A DNA stretch of 64,000 bases from Fimicolochytrium jonesii. Its lineage: Eukaryota. The translations under genes were made by a program, and so were the position numbers. Location: NCBI RefSeq assembly GCF_025526975.1, contig NW_026515682.1, positions 248,001 to 312,000 of the forward strand. Reading direction: 5' to 3'. Position 1 is the stretch's first letter. Each line of letters begins with the position of its first letter. The notes beneath the pieces are model-generated. The model saw only the letters and a program-made list of their open reading frames with translations, was not told the origin of the DNA and did no database searches. Below are positions 1 to 15,948 of this stretch, piece by piece.

Positions 1-3294
<3,294 letters not shown>

Positions 3295-3504
3295 GTGGGA
3301 TTGAAGACTGGCGGTGGTCGAAACGTTTTTGCTCGGATGCTTTTCCTTTGATGCGGGCATGATTATTTTGTACATAATTGATGCGGAGCTTATATATATA
3401 TATGCGCGTATGCTTACGGCGTAATCAAGATCTGACTGAAGCGTGCCCGCAATCACATGCGCATCGTTGGCCTACTTCATGAAAGACTCCCCTAACCAGA
3501 TCCA

Positions 3505-4525
3505 CTACCTAACGAGCTGCCTAAGGAAAGCCTGCACGGCTTGTGGGCCACCCTCCTGTGCCACCCCGTCGACAATGAGGCTGCAGGCCTCCCACGAGAT
3601 CGGGTTTGGTAGGTGCTCGAATTTGAACGCCTCGTTTTCCCGACCGATATGTTCGTGGTCATGATCGTTCTCATCGCCCTGGCTCTGTACTTCGGCTGCT
3701 CTTGTTGCGCGCAATCGGTCGCTGCAGACGAACCGCATCAATACGTAGCCAATGGATATGCCGGTGAAAGACGGTGCCGACTTACATCTCAGCCTCCAAA
3801 AGCGCCTGAATCCTCTCCGGCTTCAACGCCATCAACAAATCGCTCTTATTGCACACCATCAGGATCGGGATTTCGTGATGTTGCGTAAACCGATTCGCGA
3901 GAATGTCATAAAGGTACTCGGCCACTGATCGGATCTCCCTCGCGATCGTCGTGCTGTCTATCACAAAGATGACTCTGCCGGTCAAACTGGCGTGCTCTGT
4001 ATACTGGTATCGCAGCTTTTCGTGGCCTGGGAGGTCGACGATGTGGATTGGGCGGGCCTGTGGAGGTTAAGCTTAGCCAAGTTCTGCTACATGGGAACGG
4101 TCCTGCTCTCGTTGTTGAACATACGTCCTTCCTGGCATACCCAAACGGGACGAATCGCCCTTCATTCTTTTCCATAGACGTATGCGTCTCAACTGTCTTC
4201 CCATATCGTAGTTGTGTGTACAAGACCGTCTTTCCCGCGCCAGATACGCCCGCTATCAACACCGTGTCCCGCGTCGGTCCTCGTGTCTTTTTGAATAGGA
4301 AGTAGAATGCTGCGTGATGGGATAAAGGAGAACATGTCAGCTCTTGGCCAGTATAAGACAGAGAACTCTCGAAAGAGCCGTACTAGCCAAAAAGCACTAA
4401 CTCAGGACAATAAGAATAGCTGTGGAGACAAGCGCCACTAGTGCGAGTTGATCGTCTTTGACGTAGTCGGTGAGCCACGCAGGCAGCTTGGCCGTGAGCG
4501 CGCCGACAGTGTTGTCGCCTGCCAT
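3505..4525 (-). CDS. SRPRB: Signal recognition particle receptor beta subunit (multi-exon)
   Basis: N-terminal TM helix, P-loop GVSGAGKT, VIFVIDS, VAEYLYDIL and ILMVCNKSDL. Confidence 0.9.
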
Positions 4526-4894
4526 CTCGGGAGGTATTTTGTTACGCTGGCGCTATCGCAAGTATCGTTCGTCGGGGTGGTCCTCTGGCTGATGCAGCCA
4601 GCGAAATGGGCGAACGGCCGCAGGACTTTTGAAGTTGAGCGCCGTGACGAGCCTCGACGCGCTTCTCGTCTCTCTTTCCACTCTCTTTCCACTCTCTTTC
4701 CAGCTTTCCCAACTATTTCCCAACGCTTCTTCACCACGTCGTGCCAAGTTGCAGTGGTGCACTCACCCACTCAAATATAACGTCATATTGCCTCTACGAC
4801 GGACGTGGCAACTGCTCCGTATCTGCTACAGCAACATCGTCGGCGCATACACTGCGCACTACCATAACTTCACCTCGGAGACAGCAAGGCCAAG

Positions 4895-6096
4895 ATGGCG
4901 GACGACTATGAAAGCGTATTGCTAGTGATAAAGGAGGTCATGGTTTATAGGTACAGTCAAGGGAATGAGCCCCCCTCCCTAGAAGGAGCTGGTAGTCTCG
5001 GCATCCTCACAAAACGACTGGGCCATACTGATCAAACGGATACTTCGCGTGCTATAGAGTTCCGCCGCGACAGACTTCCCGTGGGTACAGGTATGAAAGA
5101 GTACTCCCACGTTCCCGCACTGCCTAAGATTTTAATCGCTTCACTCTGACAGAGCTTCAGATTGGGATGAGACGCAACATCTGTGGTCCGGGCGGCTGCG
5201 CATCACAGCAACAGCCACCAAAGCGACCATTCGCCTTGAGGATAGCAATACAGGGGAGCTGTTCGCAATAGCACCCTATGACCCCGCAGGGCAGACGGTC
5301 GAGTCCGTGAACGACTCGTCGCGCTACTTTGTCCTGAGGATTGTGGATCCTGCCAGCAAGCAGCATGCATTCGTTGGCCTAGGGTTCCCGGAACGGGGCT
5401 GGGCTTTCGATTTCAATGTTGCGTTGCAGGATTTTTCTTCGAGGCTGAAGAGGGATTCGACGCCTTCAGCGGCACGTGTTGTGGAAGGTCCGAAGGTCGA
5501 CTATAGCTTGAAAGAGGGGCAGACAATATCCATCAACATAGGGAATGTATGTTACGGGCGTCTGCATGGCCCTTTGTATGGTGTGGAAAAGTACTCACTA
5601 TCAAACCATCTAGTCATCAGCGAAGTCTGTCTCGCGGCCGCAGGAGCAACGGACAAATCCTTCCCTTCGTAAGTTAAACTCTGCGATCCGGTCGTAGGCG
5701 TTAGTGAATGTGGGCAATTGAACGCCATGATGTTCCCTTTCATTTAGCATTCTTGCCACCCCCACCATCAGCACAATCAAAGAGGACCGAAGCGCCATCA
5801 AATAGTACCGCATCAGCTTTCGGCACGCCTGCATCACAGCCTCAGCAGAACAACGAATGGGCAGATTTCGTTGGATTTGGCGCAAGGTTTGGAAATAATC
5901 ATGCGTGTGAGAACGTGCGCCCTCATTTGTGCTGATCTCTACCTACCTGTTCCGCAGTTCACAACCACAGCCGAGCTCATCTCAAGCTCCGCCTCTTTTC
6001 GATACGGCGTGGCCAAACACGTCACAACAGCAGCAGGAACAGACGAAGCCGAGCGCATCATCGGGATCTGTGCCCACGTCTTGGACAACATTTTGA
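4895..6096 (+). CDS. NECAP: Adaptin ear-binding coat-associated protein (NECAP, PHear domain)
   Basis: MADDYESVLLVIKEVMVYR, DSSRYFVLRI, FVGLGFPERGWAFDFNVALQD and DYSLKEGQTISINI. C-terminal WxxF motif (SWTTF*). Confidence 0.92.
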
Positions 6097-6609
6097 ATCA
6101 GTGCGTTGAGCGGGCAATGAAGGCATTGTTGTGTGGAAGCTGCTGGAACCCACAATGCTCGTTTCCATCCAACGTTCTCGCGTGCGTGCGACGCATGTAT
6201 CAAGGCGGATTACTAGAGGGACAGGATGCCATTGGGGCGTTGGTGGTGATTGTGCAAGTGGGGCAGCAAATAGACCAGTAGTGTAGTTTCCCTACGTAAG
6301 CAATCGATTTTGGGACTCATTCAGGAGCAAAACTGGTGCAAAGTCCAGGGAGCCTGTACGGAGTGAGAAGCAATGCAACCGACCTCGCCGTCCAAAGGGA
6401 ACATACAAGTCACTCTTGGCGTGAAACCCACCAGAGGACCTTATTGCGATGGGAAGCTGCTGTGAGAGGCCAGCTACCGAGAATTGACGGCTTGCCGCTG
6501 CTTACGTCAAAGCGCGACTTGCCGTCAACTGTCAGTCCGTGCGCACACACATTTCTCGCAGTTGGGTTTGCAGCCTTTTTTTCGCACAGCACCTCTATAG
6601 CCGCAAGCC

Positions 6610-7622
6610 ATGTCCTACCATCGCGCAACAGTAGCAGCGCCCGCCGCCCACCCCCTCGACTTTGACGCTTCCGCGGGCGGAGGCGCAGAGCCCGGGCCCA
6701 ACAATGCCGTAGCTCACATTGAAGAGAAACGAACAAGTCTTTTGGATGTGGTGCGAGACGGCCTGGCGAGGACGGGAAAGACTACCATGCTGTATCGAGT
6801 GACTTTCTGTGGGAGTGTCGCGGAGGGGGCTGAAAAGTCTGAGATCGGAGGTACTGTACGTGTTGTCTTCTGGTACGCGCGGACGGAAGCTCTCCAACTG
6901 ACTTGTTTGCCATCCAAATTCGTAGCGCACTATCAAAAGTTCTTCAAGCAGATCCAGAATGAAACGGATCTGATCACAGGCCTTTTAGTGGTGCTGGACA
7001 CTACATGGGTGCAAGTACTGGAGGTGAGATCCTCCGTAAACCCCCCCGTTTCCCGCAGAATCTCCTCTGATGTTTTCCCTTCAATCATAGGCCACATCAA
7101 AAGTAATCTACACAGTCCTCCGAGACCTGCACCGCTCCTCATCCTCCCCAATCTCCTCAATCACCACAAACGTCAAGGTACTGATGATCCAGGACGATAT
7201 CCCCAATCGAGCGTACCCGTTCTGGGCGTCCAGGAACAACGAGGCAAAGAGTACCGGCCCGATGGATCCAGATGCGGAGGATCCGGTTGATGCGGCTGTC
7301 ATTGCGGGTGTTTGTGTGGGATTGTGTGGTATTGGTGGGAAGCTTGGCACGTTGACCAAGGTACGATAAATAGGTAGGGGAACCACGCGAACCCCTACGA
7401 ACACTCAAGCATATCATCACATAGGCCGACCTCAAAACGGCATTGGACGATGTCGGCACGCACTTCCAGGACCTCCTGCCACGCGCTTCAGTACTGGAGC
7501 GGATCGCGACATCGAACAAAGTTATGGGTATCGATGAATGGCTTGAGTTGTTTGCGAACCATTTGAATCCGGTGCTCGAGTCGGAGCTGGTGTGGCCCGC
7601 GCAACAGACATTAGTGTTTTAA
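6610..7622 (+). CDS. TEX47: TEX47/C7orf62-like protein (BLUF-like fold, ciliated lineages)
   Basis: ITGLLVV..WVQVLE, QDDIPNRAYPFW and C-terminal LESELVWP resemble the TEX47 family as recalled. Multi-exon. Confidence 0.75.
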
Positions 7623-7794
7623 GATGTGCGATGGACGGTATTTCCTCCCAGGTTGTATTTAGAGGTGGATGCTCTCGCTCGGGGCCTCGAAATGATATAT
7701 ACATATGCGGGATGGCCTGAGTGGATTGCCTTATGGCATGGCTTCCATTGCAAAAGCCCGGAGTATACTGCCTCACAGCTGTGGGCCCATCAAG

Positions 7795-10700
7795 TCAATC
7801 CTCAATCGCAGCAACTCTGTACTGCCGGCAACTTTGCGCCCATGCGAGAATCAGTCTACGTTTAAGCATCTTCTGAGCCCATGTCGCAGCGAAGATCTAA
7901 GCGCGTTAAAGGGTCAGTAGGCAGGTCGCCAGAGAATGGCGACAGCGCAAATCATACCATTTTGCGTTGATACTCAAAGTTCCGCATCTTGTTTCGGTGC
8001 TGCCAACGATTCCAGGCCCACTTTCGCATTCGTTTCGATAGAAACGCGTCGGCTTGCCTGAGCATATGCGCATAACCTTCAGCGTCCAACTTTTTCTTGA
8101 CAGGCTTAGGTGCTTCGGGTGGAAGCGTCGACGATCCTGGTTGAGCCGTTGATCGTCGCTCTTGTGCTGTGGAAACTCGCAGTTGTGTCGTTGACGGTCG
8201 CGCTTGTGTGGTTATGAGTCGCGATTGTGTCGTTGGTGCCTGCTGAGTGATTGAAACTCGCGGCTGCGTTTTTGAATCTCGCTGCTGCGTTGCTGACACT
8301 CGCTGCTGCGTCGCTGAAACTCGCTGCTCCGACGTTGTCACTCGCTGCTGCGTTGTTGTCACTCGGTGATGCGTTGCTGACGCCTGCTGTTGGGTCGTTG
8401 CAACTCGCTGTTGCGCCGTTGATACTCGATGTTGTGCCACAGATGCTGGACCGCCGCTATGAACCTCCCGCATTACAACCCCATCGCTGTGCTTTGACAG
8501 GCTCACAGACCTGATGTTTGAGGGCTGAACTGAAGACGGCCGAGCACTAAGGACCGGTGTTCCGGAAATGGCCTTCGTGGGACTGGGAGATCGCGCGGAT
8601 AAAGTGGGTTGGATCGCGGAAGGACGAGAAGGTCGGGAAGACGAGGGGGCTGACGCCGGTTGTATCCGGGAGGATGCAGCCGCCTGTACACGTGCGGAAC
8701 GACGAGCACGAAAGACAGTGGCCCAGAGATGAAAGACTCGCCTTCTTGTAGCTTTGCGATCCATATACACCGCGACCTTTTCAAGTTCTTTATCCCGGAG
8801 GTTCTTTGTTCGACGACTGTTTTGCTTTGCAGCAGCCTGCTGCCAACGTGCGATCGCGGTACCCATCACATTCCCTTGATCAAACTGGATAGCGCTTCGG
8901 GTATTCAGAGCGACTGTTGCCGTGCGACGCCACCATTTGTCGAAATACGCAGGAAGCCGAATTTTCCGAACGGATTTCTGGTGCACCCGCAGGAGCTGCT
9001 CTCGCCTTTCCTGGCGATGTTTCACACGCGTGACCCATAGATGCCAAGATTGTCGAAGTTTTTGTTTCGCCAATGATGCCAGCACTGTATTCTTTCCTTC
9101 TTCCCGCTCACTCCTCCGATCAAGATGCCAGGCTCTCCATCCTTGCCAGCAATGATGCAGCAGCTTTTCCAAAGCGAACCGCCTTGCCTTCGCATTCCGA
9201 AGTGCATCAGTCCATTTTCGCCATGACTGCACCATCGTTCTTGCCCTCATAGTCGTGACGAGAAGTGGCTCCGTTGGAATAATATCGAATTGAAGCTGGT
9301 GTCTTTCTCTCATCCGAGCACTAAAGGCTCCCTCGGCTCTTCGTATGTCGCTCTGTTTGACGACCACAGCCCGCCAGGCTTTGAAAAGTCTCGTGTACTT
9401 GTGTTCGGTTACAATGATTTTCAAGTTCCTAAGCGCCTCCGCTTTCCTGCGTAGGTTGTGCTTCTTTTTGCTTTTCTGTTTCCATACTTGGAACAGCTCT
9501 ATGACGGTCCTGATGTTCAAACGCCTCTTCAACAATCGACAAGCAGTTGCCTGAGCCGTCAGCAGCGTCCATCGGCAGAACGCCCGTTTCGTTACGTTTA
9601 TGTTATAGGCAACTGCTATTTGCCGTTCAATCCGTTTCCGTAAGCTCAAAATGCTGGCCTGATCTTTCCAATGCTCGAAAGTTCTCCTCAAGCAGCGAAT
9701 GTCGAACTGTCGAGTAGCCAGCACTCGTAGGCGGTGGTGTGCAATGTAGATGTTATGGAGGGCATCGAATGTACGGCGCATAAGCGTAACTCGTTGATGA
9801 TCGACGGCCAGGTCTTCGTGCATCTTCCGGATTTGCTCCTCCCTCTTCACCAAATACTGGCGACGCCACGTTCTCCAGCTTTGTATGGTACACACGTAAA
9901 GTGCTGCTGAGCGTGCTCTGTCCTCGGCTTCCCTGGCTCGTTGCAACGCACGCGTCCACTGTCCAAAAGCATTCCGTGTCGCATAGAATAGATGAGCTCG
10001 ATGTGCTTGGATGTCGCGCTGTTGCGCGCAATATAACGAATACGACCAGGCTTGGAACGAAGCCTGCATCGTCAACGCTTCATGGCGTGCCGTGAGTGGA
10101 GCTGCCATCAATCGGTAGAGCTTAGTGGCTTTCTGTGAATGATGCCAGTAAGCTAGCGTATTCATCATAAGCTTAGCTCGATATGCAGCGTCGGCGCTGG
10201 CATAATCGGCCCGCCGGCTTCTTGTCGTTTCACGAAGTTGTGCGATCAGAGCCCGCCACTTTGTGAATTCCCCATCACCTTCGGCGATATGTTCTGGGTG
10301 ATCTGCGTATATCGGCGTGTGGACCTCGGTCATGGACAAGATTCTGCCCATGGCACCCATTCTCTGAAAGATTCCAAGCTGCTCGGGTATCTCAAAGGCA
10401 CAATGAGTTCGTGTTTTCAGACGCATACCTTGTCGCTGATAGCTTCCGCTCACCTTGGTTGTAACAAACCTGGATCGCAGGGCTGTTTGGTTCGTCAGGG
10501 ACAGCAACCCGTTGTCGGGCTCGTGACATTCCAGCTGGAGCAGTCTAATGAAGAGCCGGTTAGCGTCAGCTCAAGAAGCGCTAAGACGGGAGACCGTGAA
10601 AAGTGATCATACACAATAGCATCAGGAGCAAGACCTGCCCATGTCTTCCAAATCCACATTCGGAATATCGTTCCCAGGCAGCGCTGCTGATGGAGCCTCG

Positions 10701-13700
10701 TCGCTAGACGATCGTGCAAGGCATTCCACCAGTGATCCTGCCATCTCAGGAAATACCGTTTACAAAACTTTTGTCGGTGGGCCCGTTCCGCCCGTAATTC
10801 CTGATAATTGAAAGTGATATCAGCCCTGATATTGCAGATTGGACCAGCCTTGGGCATGGATGGTGAATTACATTGAACTTGTATTTCCAGCATTTTAGCG
10901 ACGCGGTCTTGCTCTGTATTGTACGCAACTGCGCTATCACAAGCTCCTGTAAAGAATGTTAGCACCGAGCTGCGAATTGGGTATAGCAGCCCCATCCTTA
11001 CCAATCTTTGCAAGTTCTTGAAGCGGAGAGCTAGGCGCCACGTAGACAATACTATCTCCAGTTTCTTCAGGTCGAGCCGAACGGTGAATTTGGCTGCCCG
11101 TCCCCGGAGGATTCCTTGTCTCTCCGCGACAACTTGCCACTCGGTCAAGAGACGGTGTAGGAACACTGTACGGTGACTTTAGTCCCCATCGCCATCTTTC
11201 TGCCGTGAATCTCACATACTCACCTTTTTCAAAGCTCCATACTAACGAGCGACAAGCTCGCAAAACTCGTTGTCGTCTCCTCCATTTCGATATCCACACC
11301 CAATAGACCTTGCTTAGAACAGATGAGATCAGCTCGCACTCTACTGCCGAACAGCTCAATAACCAGCCTAGTACCTCATCAAAAGGTGATCGTGTCCAGA
11401 AGTCGCAACTGTTGCCATGTTGCGCACATACTTATATCGACTTCGCCAGTGCTGGAGTAGTAGCCTCTTTTGCACCTGTCATCGCCATCTGTTAGCACTT
11501 TGATGGCTATGCGAGGCTAGCTGAGAAAATCGTACCTGCCGCGCCCGTTGCTTGAACCCGAAGCAAAGATCTCGCGCCTCCTTCCGCTGCGCTTGGATGA
11601 CTCGAAAGCCTAGGAACCGATGTCAAGCTCATTTCAAAAGGGATTATTTTCAGTGCAATCGCCCACCTTTCAAACATTGCCGCAAAAGACGTTGATCGCG
11701 CTTCGCCTGTAGCTTCTCCATGACAGTTGTGATGCGATGCTGGATCTTTGCTTTCGCACTGGCCTGCCAGGTACGAATGACCGTTCCCAACACTGAACAG
11801 GACCAATACTCCATGGCAACCAAATGCCTTTGGTTCTCATAGAGAGAGCGATCGCGCCACCGCACAAAAGCTTTGGTGACCATGTCTGTTAACAGCTTGC
11901 GATGTGCCACATCAGACCGATGGATAGCATTTCGGTAGCGATCTATCCATGTCATCAAAGTGTTGGCACGTGTCTGCTGAAGGCGAGACCTGCTGAAGCT
12001 CTGAAGGCGGTCTTCAAGATCGCCAGAGACATACATATGCCGTTGATGCCAAGCATGAAAAGATTGTTGTACGATCCGGTACCGACGAGATTGTTGAACC
12101 AATCGATAAGCACATGCAACGCGCCACAAACGTAAGTGCCTCGCAAGTCGGGAGTGCCTGTGCCGAGATTCGTGCTCTTTCAGCTTTGTCGTTAAAGTCT
12201 GTTGATGCAAATATGCGACATTCCAGACATGCATTGCGTATTTCAGCACATTCCGCCTCCTTTCTGCGAGAAGGTTCTTACATGTCCGTCTAAATGCCTT
12301 TTGTTGCGCATTTGCAGCCCGCCACCTCCCTAGGACCGCGCGCATTTGCCTTTGTTGAAGCTCCGTCCTGAACACTTCGTGATTGACCCGGAGTGCTTTA
12401 TTGTGAACCGTGGTTTCCCTCCAGTGTGAGGTTGCACGCCGCAAAAGGTGTTTGTTCGCTTTTTCCCTCTCTTGCGCTGCTTTGCTTCTTTCGCTGACCC
12501 ATATCGCCCAGACCCTTCTGAGCTCTCCCATGCGGTTCTCTTTTTCCTTCTGTCGGCATCGGCCCTCCAAATCGTGCCACCACTTCCATGCATGAAAGCA
12601 TTTCACTAACGTGTGCTTTCGCTTCCATGATAGTGATGTCTCGATTTTATCACGGTGTTTCAGCCTGTTTTCTGTCCGATCGGTCCAGTACTCGAAAACG
12701 TGTCGAAGGCGATCCCGATGCAGCCGAGACTTAAGAAGGCGTGCGCTTTCTTGCGCCCCAAGAATCCTACGCGTCAACCGACGCCATCCGTTTAGGCAAA
12801 TAGCCGCTCGGTTGTGCCTGCACATCGCATCAAAGGCCTTTGCCCGTCTGACGTTTGTGGTCATATGTTCCCACTTTCGAAAAAAGACCTCCACTCTCTT
12901 CAAGCGCACCATCTGCTCCGCAACTTCCGAAAACGTTCGTAGCACTGCTTTCTTCTTCGTTAGCTGGTGCCAGCACTGTAAGGCCATTTTCGCCATGTCT
13001 CGGGCACGTCGCCGTTCCATGACCGACTCCGCAATTGCGCTCTCACATCTTTTCATATATAGCGATACTTGTTTTGCTTTCCATTGGCGAAAAGCCCCAC
13101 GCATGACGTGAAGGGTCCGGAAACCATGTATCTCTCGATGAATGAAATTGACATTAGCGGAAAATGCATGAATAGCTAACGTCGCGATTCGCCGGGCGTT
13201 TTCATGCTGAGATCATTTTAGTCAGATACAGCGAAGAGATATCCATCCACTTCTGATCGCTTACCTTCAACGCCCGTAGAGCCTCTGACCTCACATGCCA
13301 TTTGCGGAAAGTTTTCTGAAGATGTGACGTTTGCCATCGTTTGACGGCCACCATCCACTGCGTCACCAGCTCCGCTTTCCTCTTCCTGAGTGCACGGCTA
13401 TATCCCATCCAGGCATAGAAACATCTTACCACCTGCACGCGTTGTTTACGAGAGGCAAGTTCTTCGCTCTGGTCTGGCGCGACCATGGTGGTTGCATCCA
13501 ATTCAGCTTGCGTGGACATATCGACCTTTGGAATCAAGCTTCGACGTTCTGAGAATTCAGGTAGAATGGCGCTGACTTCAGCGATGGAGTCTGTAACTTG
13601 GATTGCAGAGGGATGTTGCTGTCCATTGCTATCAAGTAGTCTTGGACCATGTTGAGATAACTCTGGGCGGAAAGCTGCGTGGCCGAGGACTTGATGCTCC

Positions 13701-14308
13701 GCCATTCTCTCATTCGATGTATGATGGACCGTGGAATGAAAAGAGCATAGGGCTATGAAGCTTTCCTCCGTCGGTGCTGGCTGGCTAACTGATGGCGGTC
13801 CTGCCTTTGCTAACGTTGATGCCTCGACAAAAGTTTCCCCGGGGTATAGTGAACTCTGAAGCTCATTTTTATGGCCAGTCACAATCTACCAACGCCGGGT
13901 ATGAGCATAGATTGCTTGAAGCTAGGCAGCAGCGTAACGAACCTGCTGGAGCAGTCGATACTTTTCCCACCAGGATCGGCCCACATATCGCCTGTCCATG
14001 GACAAAAGTAACTGCCTGTATCTGTCTCTTCGCTCCGCCGATTCGGCATCCGCCACGCTGGGAAAAACCGCTGACAGAGCTCGCAGCACCCGGAAAACAT
14101 CGGTACTACTCCTTTCCGCCGGGTGCCTCCCCTCTTCGTCTATCGACTCCAGCAGCGAGCTATCCCGTGGAAAGGCAAGAGAAAGAACCTTGTGAAAAAC
14201 AGATAGATCTGACGGCATCCTGAGTTTTAATTTCGAAACCTTTCCTTTATTACGCAGTTGTGATCTTGCAATACCTTCCGCCGTGATGTTTTCCCACGAG
14301 ACGGTCAT
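7795..14308 (-). CDS. SFI1: SFI1-like centrin-binding centrosome/basal-body protein (large, multi-exon)
   Basis: Dozens of periodic Trp-containing repeats (F/LxxW[KR]) across ORFs 13202-13882, 11650-13104, 10495-11166 and 7952-10507. Last exon inferred to end at TGA 7795. Confidence 0.8.
8140..8440 (-). repeat. Coding ~21-bp (7-aa, QQRVS/TxT) tandem repeat in the SFI1-like C-terminus
   Basis: AQQRVATT/TQQRVTTS/EQRVSATQQRVSATQQRDSKT. Confidence 0.85.
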
Positions 14309-14668
14309 CTTCGGCAACCCGTTTCGAGCAATTCAGTTGCCAGAGGAGTTCAGACCTTGGCTCTTCGTATTGCACGTCGGGCTCGCCAAGTATTGCAAGA
14401 CACCCGCCTACTTACAGCGACCGTTCCTCGCCTTCCCTTTCACTTATGCCCATTGAGTTATGCGTTGAGAAAGTGAAATGGAAGTTCGAGCAAGTTCGAG
14501 GAGTGTGCATACTGTAATCTGGTCGCGTCGCGTGTCCAAGGATTCGGTCTTCCACGTTTCGGACAACTCTCCGCCCTGGGAACCTGTCAATGTCAGTTAT
14601 TCGACCCTAAAAGCACACAGTCGCCAGAGCAGTATTTTCCTGGTAGATTTATCTACAAGCACGACATA

Positions 14669-15642
14669 ATGTCCGCTGGCAAGTATCGACCCCCCCTTCC
14701 GTCCGCGGGTAAGGCTGGTCAACAGCCAAATGGCGCCTCACTTGTGTCCATCGAAGAGCGATACTTCACACCTGCGGAGGTTGAACAGCACAATGGCCCA
14801 GAAGACTGCTGGCTTTCGTGGCTTGGATATGTCTATGACCTCACGGCACTTGTAGACGAAAGAAAGGGAGACCCTCTACTCTCTCCAATACTGAAGAATG
14901 CTGGGAAGGATATTTCTCATTGGTTTGACTCGGCGACTGGGGATGTAAGTCGCGATTGGCGAAAAAGGTTTTATCTGCTTGGAAAATGGGACCCTAACGG
15001 ACTATGCCCCGATTCTCCTCAACCAGTTGAAGCTGCAAATCAATCCCTTAACGGAATGCACCACCCCATATACTCCCGAAGGCCGTTTCCTTCACGTACC
15101 ACCACCGCTGCCGCAATCCGATTGGGCCAACAAAGTGGACAGTAAATCAGGTTTACCCTGGTGGCTCGACAAATCGGTTTACTGCGTCGGGCGACTCAGT
15201 CAAAAGACACGGAAGATAAGGGTTGTAAATACTCTGACCAGAGATGAGCATGTTTTAGAGGTAGGCAGCCTGGGCAACCTGTCTTAAGTGGTGGTATTAC
15301 TCTTGGTGCTAATTGTCACACTATATTATAGATCGCATCGGAGGAGAGGCTATCCGCAATACAGGATAGATACCTTTCTTTCAATCAACATGCAAAAGGA
15401 TACATGTGGAAGCGTCAAGGGAAGCTTCTCGATATGGGACAGACGTTACAGGAGAACGGGTTGGCGGATGAGACGTGGATGTTTGAAGCTACCGGGCTTG
15501 ATGAGGAGGAATGGTTGCCAGCCGTGCATCTTTACTTCAGGTGGGTTACAGGTCAGTATAGAATCATCTCGTTCCTTCGCTGAGTGCTGACCTTTACGAT
15601 TGGACATTATTGTCTCATAGTGACGATTTGACAGTAGCGTAG
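14669..15642 (+). CDS. CYB5D1: Cytochrome b5 domain-containing protein 1 (flagellar)
   Basis: [64 protein letters not shown] and C-terminal DDLTVA*. Confidence 0.92.
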
Positions 15643-15948
15643 GGAAAGGACGTTCAAGTGAAGCACGCAGCGGACGCAGATAGTGCTTTGTATTCAATAC
15701 GGACACGTCTCTACCTACTTGCAACTGAACTAGTTCCAGCGATGTCCAGTGATGCGGCTAGCGCTATTTGCCAAGCAGTGGATGCGGTGTCTTTTGAGCA
15801 AAATCTCCAGCAAAGCGCATGGAGAGATATAGATATTCGTTGCATACTACACTATTCGAATGCTAGGCTCTATATCTGAAAATCAATCTAACGCGACGTG
15901 CGTATACTACCCACCTACCCCTAATGCTCCAACCTGACGGCGCTAACA

